NCBI GenBank assembly: GCA_963663225.1
Contig: OY760142.1
Coordinates: 1,792,001 to 1,856,000, forward strand
Direction: 5' to 3'
Source: Nitrospirota bacterium
Lineage (GTDB): Bacteria; Nitrospirota; UBA9217
Length of the DNA: 64,000 nucleotides
Part shown: piece after piece, positions 20,754 through 29,726 of the stretch
Layout of the letters: every line of letters starts with the position of its first letter
Position numbering within the stretch: the stretch's first letter is position 1
Program-made: the position numbers and the translations under genes
Notes under the pieces: model-generated
Database searches by the model: none
What the model saw: only the letters and a program-made list of their open reading frames with translations
Told to the model about the DNA's origin: nothing

Positions 20754-21614
20754 ATGTTTGAAGAGCAGAACATTCCGCTGCCGGATGATGTGTTCAGGCT
20801 TCTCCGGGATTTCGTCCATGCCTATTGCGGGATTTTTTTCGATGACAGCTCCAAGTTTCTGCTGCAGCGCCGTCTCGTGCGACGCCTTGAGCAGCATCGG
20901 CTCAAGAGCTTTGAAGAATACTACCATTTCCTCCGTTACGACCGGAAACGGGAGGAGGAACTTTCCGTCCTTATTGACAGCCTCACCACCAACGAAACCT
21001 ATTTTTTCCGGGAGAGTGCGCAGTTGCGGGCGTTTTCCGAAGAAATTCTGCCGGAATTGCGGCAAACGTTCGCTGATCGAAAGACCCTTCGGATATGGAG
21101 CGCCGGCTGTTCCACGGGAGAAGAGCCGTATACCATCGCCATCCTTCTGCTGGAATCAGGCGACTGGTGGCGCGACTGGCAGGTTGAAATTCTCGGTAGC
21201 GACATCAATCAGCGGGTGTTGCACGCGGCGCGCAGAGGCGTCTATAAAAAGAGCGCGCACCGGGTGACGAGCCCGGAAATGCTTGCGAAATATTTTACGG
21301 AGGAGAACGGCGACTACCGTATCATCGACGCCGTCAGGGACCTGGTGTCCTTCAGCTCGGTGAACCTGCTGGATCCGGGCAAAATCAGCCTGATCGGCAC
21401 GATGGATGTCATTTTCTGCCGGAATGTGATCATCTATTTTGACAAGGAAGCGAAAAAAAAAGTGATCGAAACGTTTTCCCGAAAGCTCAGAGAAGGAGGA
21501 TATCTCCTGCTGGGACATTCAGAATCGCTCATTAATATTTCGAACGCCTTCGAGCTCAGGACGCTCAAGCACGACATGGTCTACCGGAAACCGCTGCGTG
21601 CGAAAATGGGATGA
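20754..21614 (+). CDS. cheR: Chemoreceptor methyltransferase CheR
   Basis: TTNETYFFRE, RIWSAGCSTGEEPYTIA, DVIFCRNVIIYF, LGHSES. Confidence 0.96.
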   Translation: MFEEQNIPLPDDVFRLLRDFVHAYCGIFFDDSSKFLLQRRLVRRLEQHRLKSFEEYYHFLRYDRKREEELSVLIDSLTTNETYFFRESAQLRAFSEEILPELRQTFADRKTLRIWSAGCSTGEEPYTIAILLLESGDWWRDWQVEILGSDINQRVLHAARRGVYKKSAHRVTSPEMLAKYFTEENGDYRIIDAVRDLVSFSSVNLLDPGKISLIGTMDVIFCRNVIIYFDKEAKKKVIETFSRKLREGGYLLLGHSESLINISNAFELRTLKHDMVYRKPLRAKMG

Positions 21615-21680
21615 GCAACAACAGCGACAGCGGCCTCCGGGAAGTTTTGCGGACTCAGTCGCGGCGCGCGTGACAGGATT

Positions 21681-22763
21681 ATGAAGAAGATAACAGTATT
21701 GGTTGTTGATGATTCGGCCTACAACAGAACCGTCATTGCCCAGATGCTCGAGCAGGACCCCGGGATCACCGTCGTCGGGAGCGCCGTGGACGGTGTTGAT
21801 GCCATCGCGAAGACGCTCCGCCTCAGGCCCGATGTCATCACGCTTGATCTTGAAATGCCGGATATGGACGGCTTTTCATTTCTGCGATGGCTTATGAAAG
21901 AGCGGCCGACGCCCGTGCTCGTGCTTTCAGCGCGCTCCGACAGCCGAAGCGTGTTCCGCGCCCTGGAACTCGGCGCAGTCGACTTTCTGGCAAAACCGGA
22001 AGCGCGCATTTCCCGAAGCATAGAAAAAATCAAGGACGACCTTGTGGCCAGGGTGCATGCGGTGCTGAATCTTGAAATGACCAAAGTGAAGTCCGCGATC
22101 AGCCTTCTGTCCCGGGAGCAGGCGCCCCCGTCAGTCAGAAAAGAAGACGAGAAGAGGCGGGAACCGGGGCCGATTGAAGTTGTTGCCATCGCTGCATCCA
22201 CCGGAGGTCCGCCGGCGCTTCAGGCGATTCTCACCGCGCTTCCTTCAGATTTCAATGCCGGCATTGTGATCACCCAGCATATGCCCGCAGGTTTTACGAA
22301 AAGTTTCGCAGAGCGCCTGAACAAAATATCCTCTCTTGTCGTGAGCGAGGCCACGGACGGCGACCGGGTTGATCCGGGCACGGCGCTGATTGCGCCGGGC
22401 GGGCACCATCTCCTGCTGAAAAGAGACCAGGACGGACTGCGGGCGGAGATTGTTCCTCCCGACCCTTCAGACAAACACGTGCCTTCTGCGGACCGCATGA
22501 TGGCGTCTGTTGCCGATGTTTGCGGGACCGCAACGCTCGGGGTCGTTTTGACCGGCATGGGCCGGGACGGTGCGGAAGGGGTGATTGCCATCAAGAACCG
22601 GCAGGGACAATGCCTGGCCGAAAGCGAGGAAAGCGCCGTTATTTTCGGCATGCCTCAGGAAGCCATCCATACCGGAGCGGTTGACAAGGTGCTGCCGCTT
22701 GACAGAATTGCGGACGAGATCCAGAGACGGTGCAAATCAGGGAAAAACCAGATGCTGGAATGA
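21681..22763 (+). CDS. cheB: Chemoreceptor methylesterase CheB (REC + esterase)
   Basis: TLDLEMP receiver; ASTGGP, QHMP and LTGMGRDG catalytic motifs. Confidence 0.96.
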   Translation: MKKITVLVVDDSAYNRTVIAQMLEQDPGITVVGSAVDGVDAIAKTLRLRPDVITLDLEMPDMDGFSFLRWLMKERPTPVLVLSARSDSRSVFRALELGAVDFLAKPEARISRSIEKIKDDLVARVHAVLNLEMTKVKSAISLLSREQAPPSVRKEDEKRREPGPIEVVAIAASTGGPPALQAILTALPSDFNAGIVITQHMPAGFTKSFAERLNKISSLVVSEATDGDRVDPGTALIAPGGHHLLLKRDQDGLRAEIVPPDPSDKHVPSADRMMASVADVCGTATLGVVLTGMGRDGAEGVIAIKNRQGQCLAESEESAVIFGMPQEAIHTGAVDKVLPLDRIADEIQRRCKSGKNQMLE

Positions 22764-23000
22764 AACAATGATCCCTGTGGGGCTTGGCCGCGTATATATA
22801 TGATAATGTTCAGAAGTCCGCAGCAGTGTTTATCCGTTTTTTGTTGCTCTTTATTGAAAATTCAACTATTATCAATACTTGAAATATTTATTCTGTACGA
22901 CTAAAGAAACAAACTGTTCTGCCGATAATAACTTGGTATAGGTTTTTTCGGATACCATGACAGACGCAGGATCCTGAGACAGCGTCTTCAGGAGGGCTTG

Positions 23001-23825
23001 ATGGAGAAGGAACCCGCATCAATTTCCAAAAAAGTTGAAGAGTTTCTCCAGGTTTTCAAAAAAGGTGAAGAGTTCACCCATGAACTGCTTAAGGAGAATG
23101 AGAAGCTCCGGTACCGGGTCGCCCAGCTTGAGGAGGTGACCAAGTTTTCCGGCAGGGAAGGCGACCTCAGGCTGAACACGCTGGAGGAGAAGATACGGTT
23201 CCTGGAAGAGGAAAACAAAAGCCTTCTTACCCGTTACCGCGTTGTGGAAGAGGAAAACAAGGATTTCGCGAACCGCTATATAGAGGTTGAAGCCGAGAAC
23301 AACAATCTTGCCAACCTGTATGTGGCAAGCTATCAGCTCCACTCCACGCTCGATTTCGGCGAATCGCTTAAGATCATTCTTGAAATCGTCATGAACCTGA
23401 TCGGCGCCGAAGAGTTTTCGATCATGATGCTGGACGAAAAAACAAATGAACTGACGATCGTGGCCCAGGAAGGCATGAGCTCCGAGGCGCGTCCGGCCAT
23501 CAAGCTGGGCGAGGGAATCATCGGCTCGTCCGCGAAAGCCGGCGAGTCATTCTACCGTGAAGGAGATCCCACGAACGTGACGGGTGTGGACTATTTGCAT
23601 CCGCTTGTTTGCATCCCTCTCAAGATCAAAGAGCATGTCATCGGCGTGATTGTAGTTTACAAGCTCCTGGTGCAGAAGCAGGCATTTACTGGCGTGGATT
23701 ACGAGCTTTTCACCATGCTTGCCGGCCATGCCGCCACGGCCCTATTTTCTTCCAAACTGTATTCGCAGTCCGAACGGAAGCTCACGACGATCCAGAGCTT
23801 TCTCGATCTGCTGAAAGAAAAATAA
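23001..23825 (+). CDS. Coiled-coil + GAF domain protein
   Basis: N-terminal heptad coiled coil; NLANLYVASYQLHSTLD; GEGIIG..CIPLK GAF core; AGGAGG RBS. Confidence 0.85.
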   Translation: MEKEPASISKKVEEFLQVFKKGEEFTHELLKENEKLRYRVAQLEEVTKFSGREGDLRLNTLEEKIRFLEEENKSLLTRYRVVEEENKDFANRYIEVEAENNNLANLYVASYQLHSTLDFGESLKIILEIVMNLIGAEEFSIMMLDEKTNELTIVAQEGMSSEARPAIKLGEGIIGSSAKAGESFYREGDPTNVTGVDYLHPLVCIPLKIKEHVIGVIVVYKLLVQKQAFTGVDYELFTMLAGHAATALFSSKLYSQSERKLTTIQSFLDLLKEK

Positions 23826-23837
23826 CGGAGGTTTGAA

Positions 23838-24218
23838 ATGCCCGAGCACAATTTCCTGGTGGTGGAAGATTCCCCTACAATGCGGCAGCTGATCTCCTTT
23901 GCGCTGAAGCGCATTCCCGGCAGCAAGATCGTCGAAGCGAATGACGGCATCGACGCATTGAAAAAGCTCTCAACCCAGAAATTCGACGTCATTCTGACGG
24001 ACATCAATATGCCGATCATGGACGGGCTGAAGCTCGTTTCCATGGTGCGGAACGATCCGGCGCACAAAACAATCCCCATCATTATTATCACGACGGAAGG
24101 CGCGGACGAGGACCGCAAGCGCGGTCTTGCACTGGGCGCAAACGCCTACATTGCCAAGCCGATCCAGACTGCGGACCTTCTGAACACGGTCAGCCAGATT
24201 TTGGGCGGCAAAGGATAA
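23838..24218 (+). CDS. cheY: Single-domain response regulator (CheY-like)
   Basis: VVEDS, TDINMP, AKPI; paralog of 8974-9354. Confidence 0.9.
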   Translation: MPEHNFLVVEDSPTMRQLISFALKRIPGSKIVEANDGIDALKKLSTQKFDVILTDINMPIMDGLKLVSMVRNDPAHKTIPIIIITTEGADEDRKRGLALGANAYIAKPIQTADLLNTVSQILGGKG

Positions 24219-24253
24219 GCGGACCGAGGATACAACCAGCCGAAGCATGTCTT

Positions 24254-24290
24254 AAGGGACGGGAAACGCAACATTGCCCGTCCTTTTTTA
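24254..24290. terminator. Terminator between convergent cheY and transporter ends (also present in repeat copy 2)
   Basis: AAGGGACGGG..CCCGTCCTTTTTT. Confidence 0.7.
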
Positions 24291-24347
24291 TGCCCGGACC
24301 CGGCAGGAGTTTTCGAGGCTTAAAACGGGAGCGAAAAACAAAACCTG

Positions 24348-24520
24348 CTAGATTCGCAGCCACCCGCGCCTGTCGGCAAAGGATGCAATTATCCCTACGA
24401 GAAAAGCAAGGCCCACGTTCCAGATGGCTAACGCGGCAGTGGCAAGAGTGATAAAACGTTCTGCGGTGTTATTGCCGAAACCGCCTGTTCCCAGGGCAAG
24501 TTGTGCTCCCGTAAAAAATA
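24348..24520 (-). pseudogene. 3' fragment of the MOT1-type transporter gene
   Basis: Encodes ..FTGAQLALGTGGFGNNTAERFITLATAALAIWNVG..GWLRI, a diverged copy of the C-terminus of 26002-27225. Confidence 0.85.
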
Positions 24521-24537
24521 GAATTTTTACAGATTGC

Positions 24538-24566
24538 TTGACAAGCCAGATCGTTTTAGACATACT
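24538..24566 (+). promoter_or_regulatory. Sigma70-type promoter of the lipoprotein gene
   Basis: TTGACA-17 nt-CATACT; GAGGAG RBS before ATG24612. Confidence 0.7.
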
Positions 24567-24611
24567 CAAAAGCATTCTGCGGCATGCATGAAGCAATCCT
24601 GAGGAGAACTT

Positions 24612-25526
24612 ATGAACTATTTCCGCTATCTGCTGTTCGGCATATTTATCCTTGTGGCCGCCTGCACCACAAGTAGCCACAAGTATCCCCTAGAGCAAGA
24701 CCGTCATGTTATTTCGAAGAATCTAGACTTGCAGATGGATGTGCTTGCCGGACAGCTCGCAAGCAGCCTTGAAATTCTAAAAGTTCGAAAAATCGCGGTT
24801 GTTGAATTTCCTGACCTTGACGGCAATGTCACCGTTTTGGGAAGATTTATTGCCGAAGAATTGACCACTCGGTTGGTGAAGACGAATAAAATCGATGTTG
24901 TCGAACGTCCGTTGCTCAAAAGAATCATGGAAGAACAGAAGCTCAATGCGACGGGACTGATTGATGATAAAAGTGCCATCAGATTCGGACGCGTTATGGG
25001 AGCGGTTGCTCTCGTGACGGGTACTATCGCCGATCTGAACACGGGTGTTAAGGTCAACGCGCGAATAATTGCTTCGGAAACTGGCATGGTGTACGCGGGT
25101 GCTGCGATCAAAATCCCGATGAGCACTGAAGTCGAAAGATTGCTGGGAAAACATGCGGAAAAAACAGTACAATCCGATTCCCGCCGCTTTGACGGTTTCT
25201 GGGACGTCAGCATTGCCTGTACGCCTCAGCAGGGTGCCATGGGTTATGTACTCCATATCAATGCGGCTGTGCAGGATGGCGTCCTTCACGGTCAGCATGG
25301 CACGGACGGCGTCGCGCCTTGCCTGACCCTCGAGGGGAAAATTAACCCTGATGGAAGCGCCATTATCAACGCAAAGGGACTCACGGGGGATCCCCGGCTT
25401 ACTATCAATAACAATAAAAAGGGGACACCATATTCATATCATATTGAATCTAGTTTTTCTGATTACCGGGGTACTGGGAATCGGATCGAGCATCGCGTTT
25501 GTAATGTGGTGTTTATTAAACGATAG
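24612..25526 (+). CDS. Lipoprotein with FlgO/CsgG-like domain and beta-rich C-terminal domain
   Basis: Lipobox LVAAC; KIAVVEF.DLDG...LGRFIAEELTTRL..VVER..L..IMEEQ..VNARII motif. Confidence 0.75.
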   Translation: MNYFRYLLFGIFILVAACTTSSHKYPLEQDRHVISKNLDLQMDVLAGQLASSLEILKVRKIAVVEFPDLDGNVTVLGRFIAEELTTRLVKTNKIDVVERPLLKRIMEEQKLNATGLIDDKSAIRFGRVMGAVALVTGTIADLNTGVKVNARIIASETGMVYAGAAIKIPMSTEVERLLGKHAEKTVQSDSRRFDGFWDVSIACTPQQGAMGYVLHINAAVQDGVLHGQHGTDGVAPCLTLEGKINPDGSAIINAKGLTGDPRLTINNNKKGTPYSYHIESSFSDYRGTGNRIEHRVCNVVFIKR

Positions 25527-25623
25527 ATAAGCATATTCAGTCCGGTCCCTGTGGCGAGCGTGACCGATGTATTACCATGCCGGTCGTAGCAGGCATCGGA
25601 ACAGGCGCCTGTTTGTCTCTTCA

Positions 25624-25744
25624 GTCAGGTCGGGTAGAGCAGAGCAAAACCCGACAGAATTGATTATGACATCGACACTTTGAATATGAGTTCCGCCAAG
25701 ACGTAAAAAAGACGTTGGGTTTCACTTCTTTCTACCCAACCTAC
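25624..25744. repeat. Inverted pair of GTAG-type REP-like palindromes (REPIN-like)
   Basis: GTCAGGTCGGGTAGAGCAGAGCAAAACCCGAC (25624-55) and, on the minus strand, GTAGGTTGGGTAGAAAGAAGTGAAACCCAAC (25714-44). Confidence 0.6.
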
Positions 25745-25785
25745 AAACTACAAACTTTTTATCGAAAATAGACGCGCGTTCAACA

Positions 25786-25873
25786 ACTGGGCGCAAACGC
25801 CTACATTGCCAAGCCGATCCAGACTGCGGACCTTCTGAACACGGTCAGCCAGATTTTGGGCGGCAAAGGATAA
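25786..25873 (+). pseudogene. 3' fragment of cheY
   Basis: Identical to the last 88 nt of 23838-24218; no start codon. Confidence 0.85.
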
Positions 25874-26174
25874 GCGGACCGAGGATACAACCAGCCGAAG
25901 CATGTCTTAAAGGACGGGAGACGCAACATTGCCCGTCCTTTTTTATGCCCGGACCCGGCAGGAGTTTCGAGGCTTAAAACGGGAGCGAAAAACAAAACCT
26001 GCTAGATTCGCAGCCATCCGCGCCTGTCGGCAAAGGATGCAATTATCCCTACGAGAAAAGCAAGGCCCACGTTCCAAATGGCGAACGCGGCAGTGGCAAG
26101 AGTGATAAAACGTTCTCCGGTGTTTTTGCCGAAGTCGCCTGCTCCCAGGGCAAGCTGTGCTCCCGTAAGAAACA
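25786..26174 (+). repeat. Direct repeat copy 2 (~389 bp)
   Basis: Near-identical to 24131-24520 with one 1 nt indel. Confidence 0.97.
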
Positions 26175-27225
26175 ACACGACACCGAGAACAGACTGCGGC
26201 AGCAACCGAAACAGGATTTCTACCGAGCCGCTAAAAAACAGGGCCATTACAAGCAGAATACCTCCCAGAATGATCGGAGCGCCTCCCGTTTTTGCGCCAA
26301 AGGCAACGTGACCGGCCATGCCGCCTGCGCCATGGCACATCGGAACGCCTCCGATCGATGAACCGAACACATTCAAAAGACCGGTTGAAACCGCAATGCC
26401 TTTTTCAGTGACCGGCCTGTCCGGGAAAAGCCTGTTGTTCTCTTCCCGGATCGCGATGATGGCGTTCCCCAACGTGAGCGGCAACTGGGGGATGGCAAGA
26501 AATACCGAACCGGCAAGAAAGTCCTTCCAGGTGATCTGGTGCAACGCAAAGACGGGAAGCTTGAACGACATGGAAACACCGGCAAGAGCCGTTACGAATT
26601 CCGGATTTTGAACGAGACTGCATACCGCACCGAATGCCAGCAACAGCACCATTGCCGGTATGGTGCTGTTTTTCAAAAAGAACACAGTTCCCGTCAATCC
26701 GATGAACGCTATAAGCCAGCCGCTCGCCATCATTTTCACACCCTCAAGCATGAAACTCATGCCAAGTCCCAGAATGATGCCGGTCAGAACCGGCCGGGAA
26801 ATGAGCTTTGCAATCTTCGTTGTTGCGCCGGTCAGCGCAAGCAGCAGCCAGGCAAGACCGGTCACGAGACCCGCGGCATAAATTGCGGCGGGAGTAATGG
26901 CCGTTTGTGCCGCCTGCGTCGCGGCCGCGGCGCCTATCGCCTTCATGGGTTGCACGGGAAATGGTGTGCGGTAGTAAAAGCCGCAGAAAATAAGGGCAAC
27001 GCCGAACGCGAACAGCACTCCGAGGGGGTCGATTTTTACCATCCCGATATAGGCGACAACAAAAGGAACGAGGGTCCCGAGATCACCAAACGCTCCTGCC
27101 CATTCCATGCGGTCGAAACGGTTTTTAGTCCTGGAAGATGGCAATGCTGTTTCTTGCTTATCCGGTTCGCGCTGATCAGGAGCATCAGGGGATGCTTCCG
27201 GTTTCAGAGGGTTCTCAGCCAACAA
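26002..27225 (-). CDS. Putative molybdate/sulfate transporter (MOT1 family)
   Basis: EWAGAFGDLGT..P, PVQPMKAI, PQLPLTLGNA, PMCHGAGGMAGH..FGA motifs. Confidence 0.88.
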   Translation of the reverse strand: MLAENPLKPEASPDAPDQREPDKQETALPSSRTKNRFDRMEWAGAFGDLGTLVPFVVAYIGMVKIDPLGVLFAFGVALIFCGFYYRTPFPVQPMKAIGAAAATQAAQTAITPAAIYAAGLVTGLAWLLLALTGATTKIAKLISRPVLTGIILGLGMSFMLEGVKMMASGWLIAFIGLTGTVFFLKNSTIPAMVLLLAFGAVCSLVQNPEFVTALAGVSMSFKLPVFALHQITWKDFLAGSVFLAIPQLPLTLGNAIIAIREENNRLFPDRPVTEKGIAVSTGLLNVFGSSIGGVPMCHGAGGMAGHVAFGAKTGGAPIILGGILLVMALFFSGSVEILFRLLPQSVLGVVLFLTGAQLALGAGDFGKNTGERFITLATAAFAIWNVGLAFLVGIIASFADRRGWLRI

Positions 27226-27465
27226 AAACTCCTGGAGGGTTGCGGAATTTTATGATGTGAACAAATTATAGCAAAAATTGAATTATCAGTAGTTATAATG
27301 TTTAGTTCACCTTGAATCATACCGAAATGGAGAAGCTCCTTCAGGTGTTCAGACCCTTCAATGTCAATTTCTGACAGTCATAACAGTCTTTGCACTTTGA
27401 TTGCAAACTCAAAAAAAATTCTTTTTGATACCCTGTAAACAGAATTAGGCATCCTCTCAATTGTA

Positions 27466-27711
27466 TCAACTTTTTTCAGCTTGAATGAGTTCCTTCACTC
27501 TCTCTAGATTCGGTAAGGGCTTGCCGGAGTGTTTGAGTTTTCCATTAATGATGAGCCCAGGTGTAGATAAAATGCCGTGCCGGGCAATCTCGGCGATGTC
27601 TGTAACTTTCACAATATTTGCATCGATGCCGAGTTCTTTTACTGCTTTTCTAGCCATTTCTTCCATATTGTGGCAATTTGCGCAACCAGGACCCAGAACT
27701 TTGATCTCCAT
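27466..27711 (-). CDS. Small redox-active disulfide protein (MTH895-like thioredoxin)
   Basis: MEIKVLGPGCANC..STPGLIING. Confidence 0.9.
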   Translation of the reverse strand: MEIKVLGPGCANCHNMEEMARKAVKELGIDANIVKVTDIAEIARHGILSTPGLIINGKLKHSGKPLPNLERVKELIQAEKS

Positions 27712-27740
27712 CGTTTCATCCTCCTCGTAGATTGCCTTCG

Positions 27741-28187
27741 TTATTTCCTTGATGCGATTTTTATAACAGGTTGTCTTTGTGCCGCCTGCGGTAGCTTCAA
27801 GGAGAAAACAATCGATGCAGCAACAAGACCCGCCCGGACAATCAGATCAGCAGGGATTGCCTCATGGGTTTGATCCTCATACTCGACAGTCCTGCACTCC
27901 GCGTCACCACATGTCTCACAGCATCTGCTCTGTCCGGTGGTCGCACCAAGCCATTCTTCTACAGCCTTTCCAGCAATAGTGATCTTATTGGATTGCAATA
28001 CATCCTTCGTAAAGCTCTCCCGATCGATTGCTTTTTTTCTCAGAATAACATCGATGCCATGAGGAGCAAGAGTTCGTTTCAGGTTGTTTGCAGCTTTTTC
28101 GACTTCTTGTTCCGTGGAACCACACCGAGGGCATGTTTTTTCCTGCTCATCCAGCAGCCTTTGCCATTCAATAGTGAGCACCTTCAT
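27741..28187 (-). CDS. DUF2703 family Cys-rich protein
   Basis: IEWQRL..TCPRCGST, SNKI..LEEWL-like segment, CCETCGDAECRT..EAIP. Confidence 0.75.
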   Translation of the reverse strand: MKVLTIEWQRLLDEQEKTCPRCGSTEQEVEKAANNLKRTLAPHGIDVILRKKAIDRESFTKDVLQSNKITIAGKAVEEWLGATTGQSRCCETCGDAECRTVEYEDQTHEAIPADLIVRAGLVAASIVFSLKLPQAAQRQPVIKIASRK

Positions 28188-28199
28188 GTCCGATACCTC

Positions 28200-29147
28200 C
28201 TACAAAATAGCATTAAACAGATAGCCAACTATGATAACTCCGATTGTGACAATGCCAAAAAACGTGTAAATAAGACGCATCTTCAGCACATTCTTTAATA
28301 TGACAGCTTCCGGCAGAGAAATAGCAGTTACCGACATCATAAAGGCCAGGACCGTCCCCATCGCCATTCCTTTGCCAACAAGAGCCTGAACAACAGGGAT
28401 CATGCCGGCCGCATTGCTATAAAGCGGTATCCCAATCAAGACCGCAACCAGCACGGCAAATGGATTGCCAGGTCCGGCGTATTTAGCTACAAAATCAGTG
28501 GGAACATACCCATGGACGATAGCCCCAAGTCCGATCCCGACGACCACATATGGCCAGATTTTTTTTAAAAGTTGAATCGTATAATCGCGGGCAAAAATAA
28601 GCTTATCCCGAAAAGTTGTTTGCATTATTTCTGTTTCAGCTGCCTTTATCGTCCAAACGTAATCCTGAACGTACTTCTCCATCTTAAGTCTGCCTATTAT
28701 AATTCCGGACACAATGGCAATGAGGACCCCTGTTCCAGTGTAGATAACAGCGATCTTCCATCCAAAAAGTCCCCAGAGCATGATCAAGGCGACTTCATTG
28801 ACCATGGGAGAAGAGATGAGAAAGGAAAAGGTCACTCCGATCGGAATTCCTGCCTCGACAAAACCGATAAAAAGCGGAACCGCGGAGCAGGAGCAAAACG
28901 GCGTGACAATCCCGAGCAATGCCGCCATGATATTGCCCACGAATTCCTTCTCATGGGACAGTATTTGCCTTGTTTTTTCCGGAGTAAAATACGCCCTGAT
29001 GACCGCCACGACGAAGACAATGGTGATAAGAAGAAAAAATATTTTGAGGGTGTCGTAAATAAAAAAAATGAGGGCATCGCCCAGATGGCTGGTATTATCC
29101 AGTTTGAGCAATGTATAGGTGAGATAATCGGCGAATTCCTTGAGCAC
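28200..29147 (-). CDS. arsP: ArsP (DUF318) family permease
   Basis: TPFCSCSAVP, SFLISSPMVNE, GIPLYSNAAG, SLPE motifs; likely GTG start 29147 after GGAGG (alternative ATG 29159). Confidence 0.88.
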   Translation of the reverse strand: MLKEFADYLTYTLLKLDNTSHLGDALIFFIYDTLKIFFLLITIVFVVAVIRAYFTPEKTRQILSHEKEFVGNIMAALLGIVTPFCSCSAVPLFIGFVEAGIPIGVTFSFLISSPMVNEVALIMLWGLFGWKIAVIYTGTGVLIAIVSGIIIGRLKMEKYVQDYVWTIKAAETEIMQTTFRDKLIFARDYTIQLLKKIWPYVVVGIGLGAIVHGYVPTDFVAKYAGPGNPFAVLVAVLIGIPLYSNAAGMIPVVQALVGKGMAMGTVLAFMMSVTAISLPEAVILKNVLKMRLIYTFFGIVTIGVIIVGYLFNAIL

Positions 29148-29157
29148 TGCACCCTCC

Positions 29158-29206
29158 ATATATAAAAAATATTTTATATATTATCAAGGAAAATGCTATA
29201 TGTCAA
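29158..29206 (-). promoter_or_regulatory. Sigma70 promoter with overlapping palindromic operator upstream of arsP
   Basis: Minus strand TTGACA-17 nt-TAATAT; ATATATAAAA-N4-TTTTATATAT palindrome at 29158-29181. Confidence 0.6.
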
Positions 29207-29348
29207 TGAATATTAAATATTTTTCATGCAGGCATGTATATAAGTTTATATAAAATATAGATGCTGGAGCTTTCACTAACCAACCGAATGGTCGTTCTGG
29301 ATATTACTTGAAATTGGCGCAGCCATCGATTCTCCCGGATAAAGTAAG

Positions 29349-29375
29349 ATGCCCTGCCTTTTCGAGGTAGGGCAT
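29349..29375 (-). terminator. Hairpin closing the SHOCT-DGC-CMD unit
   Basis: ATGCCCTGCCT-TTTCG-AGGTAGGGCAT. Confidence 0.55.
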
Positions 29376-29421
29376 GAATCATATTAATATTCTATTCAAT
29401 CGTCCAAGAAAGCCGATCATT

Positions 29422-29679
29422 TCATTGGCAACAGCGACCCATCCAAGAATTACATGACATGGTGGTTTCCGTTTTGCTTATGTTATCCACGAACTTATCC
29501 ATCTGTGAAGCTGCACCCATTCTCACGGCCTTTCCAACTTCAATGGCCTCTGAAATTTCCTTCTCGTCCGCTCCGTTCTCCTTTGCCTTGCCGATATGAT
29601 GTTTTATACAGGGCTGGCAATTTGCTGTAAGCGAGGCCCCTACGGCAATCAAGCTCCTGGTTTTATTGTCAAGTCCCAT
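29422..29679 (-). CDS. Carboxymuconolactone decarboxylase (AhpD-like) family protein
   Basis: LIAVGAS..ANCQPCIKHH..AKENGA..EI.EAI; terminal CC; AAGGAG RBS. Confidence 0.85.
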   Translation of the reverse strand: MGLDNKTRSLIAVGASLTANCQPCIKHHIGKAKENGADEKEISEAIEVGKAVRMGAASQMDKFVDNISKTETTMSCNSWMGRCCQ

Positions 29680-29726
29680 GTGATCTCCTTCTTTCATCTT
29701 CTTTGTCGCTCGGTTTAATACATCAA

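Larger units (their letters stand above)
24131..24520 (+). repeat. Direct repeat copy 1 (~390 bp)
   Basis: Near-identical to 25786-26174; spans cheY 3' end, intergenic terminator and transporter 3' end. Confidence 0.97.

Noticed and set aside
24348-24680. 110 aa minus-strand ORF as a real gene
   Set aside because: Chimera of the duplicated transporter 3' end and the antisense of the lipoprotein promoter/start
24131-26174. Direct repeat as a DGR template/variable repeat pair or as prophage att sites
   Set aside because: Mismatches are not adenine-specific and include an indel; no reverse transcriptase, integrase or phage genes
27255-27452. Short minus-strand frame with in-frame TGA between the thioredoxin and transporter genes (selenoprotein or gene remnant?)
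   Set aside because: No redox motif around the TGA, no evident SECIS hairpin, no recognisable family
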